From Takakia lepidozioides (Eukaryota; Plantae; Bryophyta): a stretch of DNA of 64,000 nucleotides. Below the pieces are notes generated by a model. It was given only the letters and a program-made list of their open reading frames with translations. It did not search any database and had not been told where the DNA came from. Below are positions 13,065 through 24,200 of this stretch, one piece after another. Every line of letters begins with the position of its first letter. Within the stretch, counting starts at the first letter, position 1. Location: positions 84,444,001 to 84,508,000 of the forward strand of contig CM060731.1 in assembly GCA_030704615.1 (NCBI GenBank), in the 5' to 3' direction. The translations under genes were made by a program, and so were the position numbers.

Positions 13065-14048
13065 TGTTAGAGGACTGTCGGGGACTTAGACACTTATACG
13101 GGATCTGTAGGGTACCCTTAATTTTTGCACAGACTGAGACCAACAGGAGCCTTAGGGGTGACAGCAGCGCACTGTAGAGGGGGGTTACACAGCCCGTCAC
13201 AGTCGTCACAGTCGTCACAGCCGACACAGCCAACACAGCCCATCACAGTCGTCACAGCCCACACAGCCAACACAGCCCGTCACAGTCGTCACAGCAGACA
13301 CAGCCGACACAGCCCGGCACAGCCACACAGCCAGTCACAGCCCGACACAGCCAAACACAGTCGCACAGCCAGTCACAGCCCGTCACAGTTTCACACAGCC
13401 AGTCACAGCTTGACACAGCTGTCACGATCATAGGGAACGAAGAGTAGGACAGGGAACGACTGTGGGGAACAACACCTGCGAAGGGAACATGTTAGTTCAC
13501 AGACACGGTTAGTGAGGGAAACGGTTAGAACCGCGGATAGGAAGATACAGGGAGAAACGGGGAATTGAGGGACATCATTCGGAGGAGGACTTCTTGGTGA
13601 TAGAGGAGAGGGGATCGGGCAGAGATGAAGAACGGAAGTGAAGATAGAGAGATGATGAGTAGATGCTTGATATATGCAAGGCCGTAATGATATTGTAGAG
13701 TAGATTAGAGACACAATGGCTTCGGCCTGATACCTGATAAATCATAATCGGATACTTTTACGATACAATCACACTGTGTAGAGAGATCTGAGTGAAGCTG
13801 TGGAATGAATGGATGAGTTGATGGAATCCAATAGATTGATAAAGCAAACTGATACTTAATTATCAATGGTAAGATAGTTAACATGAATACCAAAAGGGAA
13901 ACAAATAGGAAACACCCCCATGATACACTAGCTGTAGGTCATGACTGATTGTTCTGCGCGGGTTGAGTACTTAGAGATTTCCAACTCTTCAATCTTGGAG
14001 TTTCCGCCTCGAATAGCGAAGGGATGGGTGAGTAAAAGCCGCGCGACA
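13065..14048 (+). mobile_element. 5' LTR of non-chromovirus Ty3/gypsy (LTR family B)
   Basis: TGTTAGAGG...GCCGCGCGACA; repeated at 17865-19152 and 45621-46600; followed by a PBS. Confidence 0.92.
13187..13425 (+). repeat. CACAGCC/CACAGTC-type minisatellite inside LTR family B
   Basis: Tandem 7-10 bp variants; also at about 17987-18178, 21050-21256 (reverse) and 45742-45945. Confidence 0.9.
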
Positions 14049-14050
14049 TT

Positions 14051-14068
14051 TGGCGACCATACTGGGGA
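14051..14068 (+). promoter_or_regulatory. Primer binding site (tRNA-Arg-like)
   Basis: TGGCGACCATACTGGGGA, 2 nt after the LTR end; resembles the TGGCGAC....CTGGGGA PBS of Tat/Ogre elements. The tRNA identity is from recall. Confidence 0.7.
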
Positions 14069-14636
14069 ACTGAGACATGAACAACCAGATGTGACAGGCA
14101 TCTGGTGGGATCATGGTGGTTGGACCATTAAAGAATTTGAAGTGAATCAAATTCCCTGTGGAACGAAGGAAGAAAAATTGTCCAAACAATTCTTTCAAAG
14201 GTTCTTGGAATTGCCAGACGGTTGTAAAGAAAATATTCTTAAGCGAGTGCATGATGCTGATCCAGAATGGGATCTGGAGAAAGGAGTGATAAAGATTTAT
14301 CAGGTAGCCTGTAGAGGAAGAGCATGTTGGTTACCAACATTGGTTTATGTGATAGCATTGCTATCCATTAAACGAGTAGAGTTTGAAGGCTGGGAAGAAA
14401 GAAAGGTGAATGTTTATACTCATATGCATGAAGAACTTGTACTGGTAAAGAATTGGATTCCAAAGGATATTTTGTGGATCAAACTCACACCAAGAACAGC
14501 TTTTCAGACTTGTTTGCCATATGGTTATATGGTAACGGAGACTTCAAGTATAACCAAGGGTGCATTGAAGCTTGAAAGAAACCCAGGCATATACGAGAGA
14601 TATTACAGAAGAGAGTTTTGGTTATTGCCACATTAA
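14051..14636 (+). CDS. Extra 5' ORF upstream of gag (unknown function)
   Basis: Stop-free, protein-like frame of about 195 codons between the PBS and gag, open back into the LTR to an ATG at 13941. Confidence 0.5.
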
Positions 14637-14657
14637 AAGAAATGAAAGACATGGGAC

Positions 14658-17600
14658 ATGAGTGATGAAAGAGAAGCTAGACGTCAGAGATATTCAGCAA
14701 AAAGAGAAAGCTATCTGAAAGCTAATTATCCATATCTTTGGGAGAGAGGAATAGACATAGGGGAATCATCTGGACCTCTCACACCATTAAGATCAAAGAG
14801 TGCATCACCTATACCGGAAGAACTAGAGTTGGATGCCACTCCTTCTGTTTCTTTGCAAGAAAGATTAAGGGAATTGGTACAGGAAGAAGATCAATCACGA
14901 GGTGAAAGATCTGAGGTACATCCTTGGATAAAAGACTTGACAGAAATCTTTGATAAGAGTTGGCATGGAACACCAAAAGCAGGAACTCCAGTTTCTGAAG
15001 CAGAAGGTGAAGAAGGAGAAGAGGATGTGGCAGAGCCAACGGAGAGTTCAGACTCTCCAACACCATTACAGTTGAGTTACATGAGTGAAGAAGAAACCCA
15101 AGGGCAGAACTTGGAGGATGAAAATAGAGAGAAGAAATTAGAAGAGGAAGAATATGAAGAAGTAGACCCAACAGCTGAGGTTGAGACTACAACCAGGACA
15201 TCCCAACCCGTTGGACCTGGATCAAGTGGAGCACTTGGATCACAGGCCAACGAAGGTGTCGGCTCAGGGGGATCAGGCGGGCTGCCTGGATGTGGCTCTG
15301 GGGGGACAGGGAGTGTGGGAAGTAGTGCAACTGAAGCTGGGAATACTGTGAATATCGTGGGGCCAGAAGCAAGGAGTGCTCAAGGGCCACCACTTGGTGG
15401 AAGATCCACCACAAAAACAACAGGTCCAGAAGGACCAGCACCAGCAAGGGTGCCAGCACCTGTCAATGGGCAGAAGGTAGGGCCACAGATGGCGTTGCAA
15501 CCAACACGGGCAAAACCACCCTTTCCAATATATTCAAGAAAAGGGGATCCCGATGTACACATTAGCCAATTTGAGCACATGTGTATAGTGAACAATGAGA
15601 ATGGCGATGATGCCAAGATGAGACTGTTTCCTTGTTCACTTATCAAGAAAGCAAGTGAATGGTATGCAAGATTCCCTGATAATCATTTCCTAACCTGGAA
15701 TGGCTTGAATACAACATTTCGAAATAGGTTCAGGACAAGTAAAACTGAGGATGAAGTGTATGGAAGTTTACAACAGCTGAAGCAGAAGAAGCATGAAACT
15801 GTTGAAGAGTATATGGCTGATTACAATAGTAACATAGCTCTTCACCATTGGGTCCTCGCCCTTGGTCTGTTCTTGGATTATTTCTATAATCCTGATTCCC
15901 GGGCTGGTAATTCCCCCTTGGATTACCCTGATAGTTGCCTCTGGAATTTCCTTGGTAATTCCCTCTTGAATTACCTCTCCCTTCCATGCCATTGTTATAA
16001 CCACCAGACCTACCATAGTGGTCCTGATCATTGTTTCTTCTTGGCTGGGGCTGCACCTGATGCACCCTTACTTGCCTAGGTTCTCTTGCAGCTGTCCTTC
16101 TGTTGTAGTAACAATTCTCAGTAGAATGGTTATCCATTTTACAGATAGTACAGTGTTTCTCCTTCATGTGGCATTCTGTGGTGGTATGGCCTTCATTCTG
16201 GCACTTTGCACACCATACACCCTTCCTCCAATGTGTTGCAGCCTCTGTGGCATACTTCTTCAAGATTTCTTCCAATTTTTTTCATAGTTATCCCTCTTCA
16301 ACTTCTCCTTTCTCTTACTCTTTCTTTTTAGTTCTTGCTCTTCTTCTTCATCTGACTCATCCTCAGAGTCCTCATCTTCTTTTTTCTCTCTCCTGAGCAT
16401 TCCCAATTGCTCAATTCTATTCGCAGTTTCAAATGCCTCCTCCACTGTGTTATGGGGTAACATATCCACTTTCTTTTGCAACTCTGGTCTTAGTCCACTC
16501 ACAAACCAAGTCTTCTGTAACCCGGGCGCTGGTACTGCAGCCAGCTTTTTCATCATCAATTCCATCTTCATTGCAAGGCAGCCGGTTCATTCTGGATAAG
16601 ACACCAGAATGAGATGAGAGCTCCTGTGAATGAGGGCCCAGTGGTGGCAGCTCACATGGTTAGGCCATGTGTTGTACCAGAAGTAAGTACAATGATAGTA
16701 ACAAGAAGTAAAGCCAAACTAATACCTCCAGTAGAAGAGGAAGAAGATGAGACTGGAAGTGGCAATGATATGCCTGAAGATGAAGAGACTTGGAAAGATG
16801 AGAAGGAACTGCACAAGGAAGTGGCAGATACTATAAGGGAAATGCAAAAGAGTACTGATATTCCTGTGGCAGATTCCTCTGATTCGGATGGAGAAAAAGA
16901 AGGGAGTGAGGAAGAAAGGAAAAAAGAAGATGCAGACATGCAAAGTAATGAAGAGACTTTGGCTGAAGTAATATGTCAGACCAAAGCAGAAATTACCATT
17001 GGACAGCTATTAGCTGTGGCACCTTATTGTAGGCACAGGCTGTATCAAGCAATCAATCGAATTGCCCAAGAGACAGGAAACACAGACCTGAACAGCAAGG
17101 TGACCAGTTATAATGTGAAGCCGGAAGGGCGAGAAACAGTCATGGACTTTGATGATTCTATGCCAGTAATCCAATTGAGAATTGGAAGCACAGAACTAAC
17201 GGATGTACTGATAGATGGTGGTTCTGGAGTAAATATCATGACAGACCAATTAAGGAAGAAGCTTGGTCTAAGTAACATGAAACCAGCCCCATTTACAGTA
17301 ACAATGGCAGATCAAAGAAGTGTACAGCCATTGGGATTAATAAGAGGAGTTAAGATACAGATACAGAAAATGATCTTTATGATCACAGTAACTGTATTAG
17401 AAATGGATGAAGTCATGGAGGCTTATTCCTTATTATTGGGACGACCGTGGCTGAAACAGGCCAGGGTATTCCATGACTGGAATTCTCAGTTACTAACCGT
17501 GCATAATGGGATACACGAGATACAAATTACCACAAAGAAATCTAGTAGATTACCTGCTACAAGAAGACCTCGAGGAGTCAGAGAGTATGACTGGAAAGGA

Positions 17601-17864
17601 GGACTGGATGAGGAGCAGGAAGCTACCCTATTTGCTGCACACCCAGAGTGGGAGCAGGTTGCAGAGATGCAACTGGAAAGCCTAAGTTGTTTGAGAGGTA
17701 TCTGCTGTGGTGTAGTGACAGCAACACCAACTGAAGAAGAAACCAGCATTTACCCATCACATTTCTATGAAGAAAGAGAAGGAGAAATAGAAATCCTAGA
17801 AGAACCAGCCACTGTGAGCTTACAGGATGAAGTGGTGACTGGTTGGACAATCACAGCTGATGAG
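14658..17864 (+). pseudogene. gag-protease of family B with an internal inversion (about 15815-16566)
   Basis: Gag FPIYSRKGDPDVHISQF...LFPCSL..KASEWY; the middle portion with CCHC knuckles reads on the minus strand (15730-16571); + strand resumes to protease VLIDGGSGVN...LLGRPWL; truncated by an LTR at 17865. Confidence 0.9.
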
Positions 17865-19152
17865 TGTTAGAGGACTGTAGGGGACTTAGACACTTATACG
17901 GGATCTGTAGGGTACCCTTAAATTTTGCACAGACTGAGACCAACAGGAGCCTTAGGGGTGACAGCAGCGCACTGTAGAGGGGGGTTACACAGCCGTCACA
18001 GTCCACACAGCCAACACAGCCCGTCACAGTCGTCACAGCCAACACAGCCGACACAGCCGACACAGCCCGGCACAGCCACACAGCCAGTCACAGCCCGACA
18101 CAGCCAAACACAGTCGCACAGCCAGTCACAGCCCGTCACAGTTTCACACAGCCAGTCACAGCTTGACACAGCTGTCACGATCATAGGGAACGAAGAGTAG
18201 GATAGGGAACGACTGTGGGGAACAACACCTGCGAAGGGAACATGTTAGTTCACAGACGACGGTTAGTGAGGGAAACGGTTAGAACTGTGGATAGGAAGAT
18301 AAAGGGAAAAACGGGGAATGGAGGGGGATCATTATTCGAGGAGGACTTCTTAGTCAGGCGGGAGCGGAGATCGGAAGAAAAGGATGGAGAGCACGATGAA
18401 GGAGGAAAGAGGATTAGTAGATGCTTGTTATATGCAAGCTGTAGTGATATGGTAGAGCAGATTAGAGACATAATGGCTTCGGCCTGATACCTGATAAATC
18501 ATAATCTGATACTTATACGATACAACCACACTGTGTAGAGAGATCTGAGTGAAGCTGTGGATTGAATGGATGAGTGAAGGAAACCGATAGATTGATGAAG
18601 CAAACTGATATTTAATTATCAATGGTAAGGTAGCTAAGATGAATGCGAAAAGGGAAACAAACTTCTTGGAGGACTTCTGGCATCACTTCTGGGAAATGAA
18701 GCGGAGAGCGCATCTCTGAGTAGAAAGAGGGAGAGCACGGAGTAGGAGGAGAACGATCTGTTGATGCTTGATGAATGCAAGCAGTAGAGTTGTAATGTAG
18801 AGCAGATTAGAGACTCCATGGCTTCAGCCTGATACTTGATAGATATTAATCTGATTCATACTTCACACTCACACTGTGTAGAGAGATCTGAGTGAAGCTG
18901 TGGAATGAATGGATGAGTTGATGGAATCCGATAGATTGCTGAAGCAATCTGATACTTAAATACCAACAGTAAGGTAACTAGCTAACATGAATACGAGAAG
19001 GAATACAAATAGGAAACACCCCCATGATACACTAGTTGTAGGTCATGACTGATTGTTCTGAGCGGGCTGAGTGCTTAGAGATTTCCAACTCTTCTATCTT
19101 GGAGTTCCCACCTCGGATAGCGAAGGGATGGGTGAGTAAGAGCCGCGCGACA
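17865..19152 (+). mobile_element. LTR family B copy with an internal duplication of about 300 bp
   Basis: Same termini as 13065-14048; the segment at about 18640-18950 repeats about 18340-18630; flanks ATGAG and GGGTG do not form a TSD. Confidence 0.88.
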
Positions 19153-19178
19153 GGGTGAGACCTTCATACTCTCTAGAA

Positions 19179-20010
19179 CGGAAATGCGGCACCGCATTTC
19201 CGTTCTGACTGAAAATCGTGAAACATCGGAACTGAAATGCGGTACTGCATTTCCGTCGGAGTCGCAGCTTCCGACATTCCAGAACGGAAATGCGGCGCCG
19301 CATTTCCGTTTTGTATTTGAGGCATGGAGGTGTGGGACGGAAATGCGGTGCCGCATTTCCGCCCGGGTGAGACCTTCATACTCTCCAGAACGGAAATGCG
19401 GCACCACATTTCCGTTCTGACTGAAAATTGTGAAACATCGGAACTGAAATGTGGTACCGCGTTTCCGTCGGAGTCGCACCTTCCGACATTCCAGAACGGA
19501 AATGTGGCGCCGCATTTCCGTTTTGTATGTGAGGCATGGAGCTGTGGGACGAAAATGCGGCACCGTATTTCCGTCCGGGTGAGACCTTCATACTGTCCAG
19601 AACGGAAATGCGGCACGACATTTCCATTCAACAACTAAGGTATGTGAAGGTGGAACGGAAATGCGGTACCGCATTTCCGTTCTGATTGAAAATCATGAAC
19701 CACGGGAACTGAAATGCGGCACCGCATTTCTGTCCGAGTCGCACCTTCCGACATTCCAGAACGGAAATGCGGCTCCACATTTCCCTTTTGTATCTCAGGC
19801 ATGGAGCTGTGGGACGGAAATGCGGTGCCGCATTTCCGTCCGTGTTAGACCTTCATACTCTCCAGAACGGAAATGCGGCACCGCATTTCCGTTCAACAAC
19901 TAAGGTATATGAAGGTGGAACGGAAATGCGGTGCCGCATTTTCGTCCAACAAGTACGGTATGTGTAGCTTTGGGATGGTACTTAACGGAAATGCGGCGCC
20001 GCATTTGTTT
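19179..20010. repeat. 53-bp-phased palindrome array (copy A)
   Basis: GAAATGCGGYRCCGCATTTC cores start at 19181, 19234, 19287, 19340, 19393, 19446, 19499, 19552, 19605, 19658, 19711, 19764, 19817, 19870 and 19923 (all +53), then 19988; about 5 recurring spacer types give a 212-bp higher-order unit. Confidence 0.95.
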
Positions 20011-20654
20011 TTTCACTCTAACTCATCAGACGCTGGGATGGAAATGCCATGATATGTGAACACGTGGACCAACGGAATTGCGGCACATGTCTGCACTCTA
20101 TCTGACTGAAGTGGCAGGAGGCGGCGCGGCTTGACCGTTGGATAATGATGTTTGTTTTTCGGACGGCAGGCGCACCCTTGACAATTCGAATTTCGTAATG
20201 ACGCATAGTCCACGAGGAGACACTTTCGTCCAAGCCTTTCGAACCCAAGTGGTGCATCACCGCCGTTTCATCTTCTTTTGTTGTGTCTACTCAGTCACCC
20301 CTCTCGCGCCCTTTCCATCTGCACTCTTCGCCCCTTTTCCCTGTCTCTGTTCTTCTTATGCTCGAATGTGAGAGGGAGGGAGTGCGTGCACCAGAGAAGA
20401 GACATCGTCGCAAGCTCCAAAAATTGTACTTCGGATGTAGGCCAATGTCAAAGGGGAGGAAGCAGATGCGTCTACAGGAGAAGATTGCCATCTCACAACA
20501 GCAGGCCATGCAGGCAACCCAGCCACCAGTGAGATCTCCGTGCTATCGGGATTCGCGCAGCTGATCGAGCACCGAAACCCCCCTCATTTTTCTTCTGCAA
20601 TTCTTAGATTGTATGCTAGGAGACTTGAATGCAGAAGATGTTTGCATGCCTAAC

Positions 20655-21278
20655 CACTCAGATCTCTCTACACAGTGTGAGTATGAAGTGTGTATCAGAT
20701 TAATATCTATCAAGTATCATGCTAAAGCCCTGGAGTCTCTAATCTGCTCTACATTATAATTCTACTGCTTGCTTCCATTAAGCATCACAGATCATCCTCC
20801 TCCTACTCCGTGCTCTCCCTCTTTCTCCTCAGAGATACGCTCTCTCCTCATTTCCTCCAGTGCTCTCCCCAGTCCCCTGGTCCAATCATGTCAAGAAGTC
20901 ATCCCCCTCCTGTCCTCGCTCCTCGCTTTATTTTCCTACCCGTTGTTCTAACCGTTTCCCTCACTAACCGTCACCCTTGAACTACATGTTCCATTCGTAG
21001 ATGTTGTTCCCCTCAGTCGTTCCCTGTCCTGCTATCCATTCCCAATGGTCGTGACAGCTGTGTCAAGCTGTGACTGGCTGTGTGAAACTGTGACGGGCTG
21101 TGACTGGCTGTGTGGCTGTGTCGGGTTGTGTCGGGCTGTGACTGGCTATGTTGCTGTGTCGGGCTGTGTCGGGCTGTGCGAAGCTGTGTGGCTGTGTCGG
21201 GCTGTGTCGAGCTGTGCGAAGCTGTGACGGGCTGTGTTGGCTGTGACGGCTGTGTAACCCCCCTCTAAAGTGTGCTGC
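20655..21278 (-). mobile_element. Internal fragment of LTR family B inserted in intron 1 of the ParB-MTase gene
   Basis: Reverse complement of the LTR interior lacking both termini; copy B shows the empty site (cctaac-a-ggaaagg, about 36846-36860). Confidence 0.85.
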
Positions 21279-24200
21279 GGAAAGGTGGACGTGCTGGAGG
21301 GATCGCATGAATCCGAAGAGCCGCAGGAAGAGTCCGTGGAGCTAGCTGCAGCATGCACACCCAGTCAATCCACGAGCACGGGTCTTCCTGCCGGGCCTAG
21401 CCCTGTGCGTTTCAAGGACGCGGCTTCGAAGGGCAAGTCTTTGCAGTTCAAAGCCCCAGAGAGCGACTCACGTTCGAAGGTCATGGAGAATCGCCAGCAC
21501 GGGTCGGGCCATTCTCTAGCAAAGACGAAGAAGAAGCAGCCTGTCCTTCAACTTGTTTCTGAACCGGACCAGGCCGTTTCCCCCCCACCCAGGCGAATGA
21601 AGCAGATTCAATTGCAGCAGACACCTTCACCTGCAAGAATGAGGAAGCACAAGGCAATCAGGGGGAGGACGGAGCAGTCTCCCACAAAACCGATTCCACG
21701 AGCTGAAGCCCAGTTCCTGCTTGATTTCCAGCCTGGTGATGTTGGGGGCGTCTCTGCTGCAGTGAAGGCAATGGGATCGACCGATTTTGTCGATCTGGTA
21801 CCGGAGGAGGGTGCTGCCGCTCAACGTTTGCAGCAAGACCTGACCACCGTTGAGGAAGATCTTCAGAATACTGCAGGCCCGGAGGAGGCCTCTGCAATTG
21901 CCGAATTGCCCGCAAAGATTCCCCAGAGTGCAGCTCCAGTTGGGGATGCTCCAGGTGCTCAGCCCCTACCGCCACCTGCAGAAATGTCTCCGGAGGAATT
22001 TCAAAGTGCAGCGGATACAATGTTGGAGGAGACACACAGTAGCATTGGCACAGTTCTGGGCAGTAGGGTATTCTAGCGGACTCTTCGAATCCCACTCTGT
22101 CGCATGGTCTCCCTTCCCATCGTCAGGCAGGCACTTCCCGGAGATGTGGATAAGCTCAAGTTTGCATTTCGAGAAGGGTACCGTCTAGGTTCGCCAGCCT
22201 TCTACGTTTCCCTTGAGAATGAGGACGGCAAATCTCGTGGAACCACTGCAGATAAATTGTCAACCTGGGATACCCACTAGCACACTCGCAACGACAAATT
22301 CGAGGCAACGCTGAAGGGTGATCCAGACTTCGGCCATATGTCGGGTAAAATGTTCTTTGTGTGGGACGGGAATCACCGACTTCTTGCCTGGTGGGAGTAC
22401 ATCAAGCAAAACCATGCCAAGCACATTGGCTGGCATTACATGGTGGAGTGTGTCATCCTCAAGGTGAAGGCGGCAGACTCCTCCCTGCTCAAGAATGCCA
22501 TGGCGGACCTAATTTGTAAGATACTCATACCCTCCCAAGCACGTTCGAAATGCGGTGCCGCATTTCGGTTTCCAATCTATTTTGTTTCCGTGCTTCCGTG
22601 GACTGAACTGGAGAGTGTGCCTTGCAGGGTCACTGAAAATACATACGTGCATACCCACATGGCATATATGCTGTACAGGGTGAGGAAAACTGGTCTCACT
22701 GATCCGCACATGTTTGCGGAAATGCTGGAGCCCGAGCTCATTCAGAAAGCCGTGGCAAAAACTGACCGGACATGGTATCGTCTCACTATGGATGGAATGG
22801 TGGAGGTGATATACGAGTCCAGAACAAAATACAAGTCAAAGCTTGTGAAGCTGGTGGCCATTGCAGATCCGGCACTTGGAAAGGACTTCATCCCCGAGAT
22901 TGCAAAACACTATTCTCGGGCCATGCAGCCGACCATGCAGTTGGAGAAACTGCATCTCCTCTCAACGGCATGTGTTGAGGCAAAAGAGAAGGTGAGGTTT
23001 CAATGCACTTAAGTTCCTTTCTAGCAATAGCCACTCTTCTTCATGCTCCTGACATTGGATCGGAAATGGCAGACACGGTGGCTGTCGATCTGGAATGCAT
23101 CGGAGAGTATAAGGACAATGTGGTCTTTTCCACTCAAAGTTTCCGACCCTGTAGTGGATGTGTGGCTCAACCGCATGACTTGGTGGTTCCAGGTAATTCA
23201 AGGTACTTCCCCAGATTTGCTTTTCTGAAATGAATTCCCTGAACTGCTACGTGACAATGCATGTGGGAATTGCAGGTAATGACGAATGCGAAGGAGCAAG
23301 TCGTAATGCATACAAATTCGTTCGGCTTGTACGTCAAATGGGATGGAACACAGACACTGGAAGACTACCTGACACGTTTCAGATGTGCGTACAAGGACAA
23401 CCTCTTCGCCAGGGAGCTGCAGATAGCAAGAAGGAGCGTGGAGTTTACACATCAGGAGGGAGCGGGAAAAGCTGCAATGCAAATTGTTTACAGGTGAAGC
23501 CCAGTTGTCCTTGTATGCGAAGCCTTGTTATGAGGTTTGTCTGGGAAATGCGGCACCGCATTCGCATTTTAAGTTTTCGGTTGCACTCTGCGAGTACGTT
23601 GGTCTCAACTTTTGCTCACACATGCTGACTGCCCTGCAGGTATATGAAATACGTGCTTCTTCAGACAGGGGCCCTGGCTCAAGAGCCCCCGTTCTTCATG
23701 GCTTGGACCGTGGCGGGACCAAGCTGTGTCTACACACCCGAGATGCAGAAACAATGGCATGCCGCGCATCTCGTTGGATGCCCGTGGTACCTGGACATGT
23801 CTGGCGGAATTGTTGACGAGTCTGAGAAAGATCTGCACGCAAAAGCAGAAGAGAAGAGAAAGGAAAGACGTGTCCCTGCTGGGCCAGAGTCGGCAAAGGA
23901 AGCTGCTGCTCTGGAACAATCCAGAAAGGCAGCTGAGATGGCAGAGAAGACGGTGGATGCAGCTGTGCAGGCTCAACAGAAGGGGTCGAAGAAGAGGACT
24001 CGCCAGCAAGGAGCAGCAGTTGTGACACCCAAGAAAACGAAGAAGCATAAACAGATAGTGCATGAAGAGGGTGACGAAGAGGACTCCAATGGAGACTTTG
24101 CAACCAGCCCACACCCTGAAACGCAGCCCAAATCCCATGTGCCCACCGTTGTCACAAGAGGGACGAGAACAGGCTCGGCAAAGAAGGCACTCTTCAACCC

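Noticed and set aside
13065-19152. One intact LTR retrotransposon bounded by two LTRs
   Set aside because: Flanks GGTTC and GGGTG are not a TSD; the second LTR follows mid-pol sequence with no PPT; the LTRs differ in structure. This is a composite of nested insertion and deletion.
19075-19967. ORFs with repeated KCGAAFP / GNAAPHF / EMRRRIS peptides (also 30895-31963 and 37452-39301)
   Set aside because: These are translations of the palindrome array in several frames; no coding evidence.
19179-20010. CRISPR array (palindromic repeat plus spacers)
   Set aside because: Spacers recur in a higher-order pattern rather than being unique; there are no cas genes; the context is eukaryotic with introns; the same motif occurs singly in introns.
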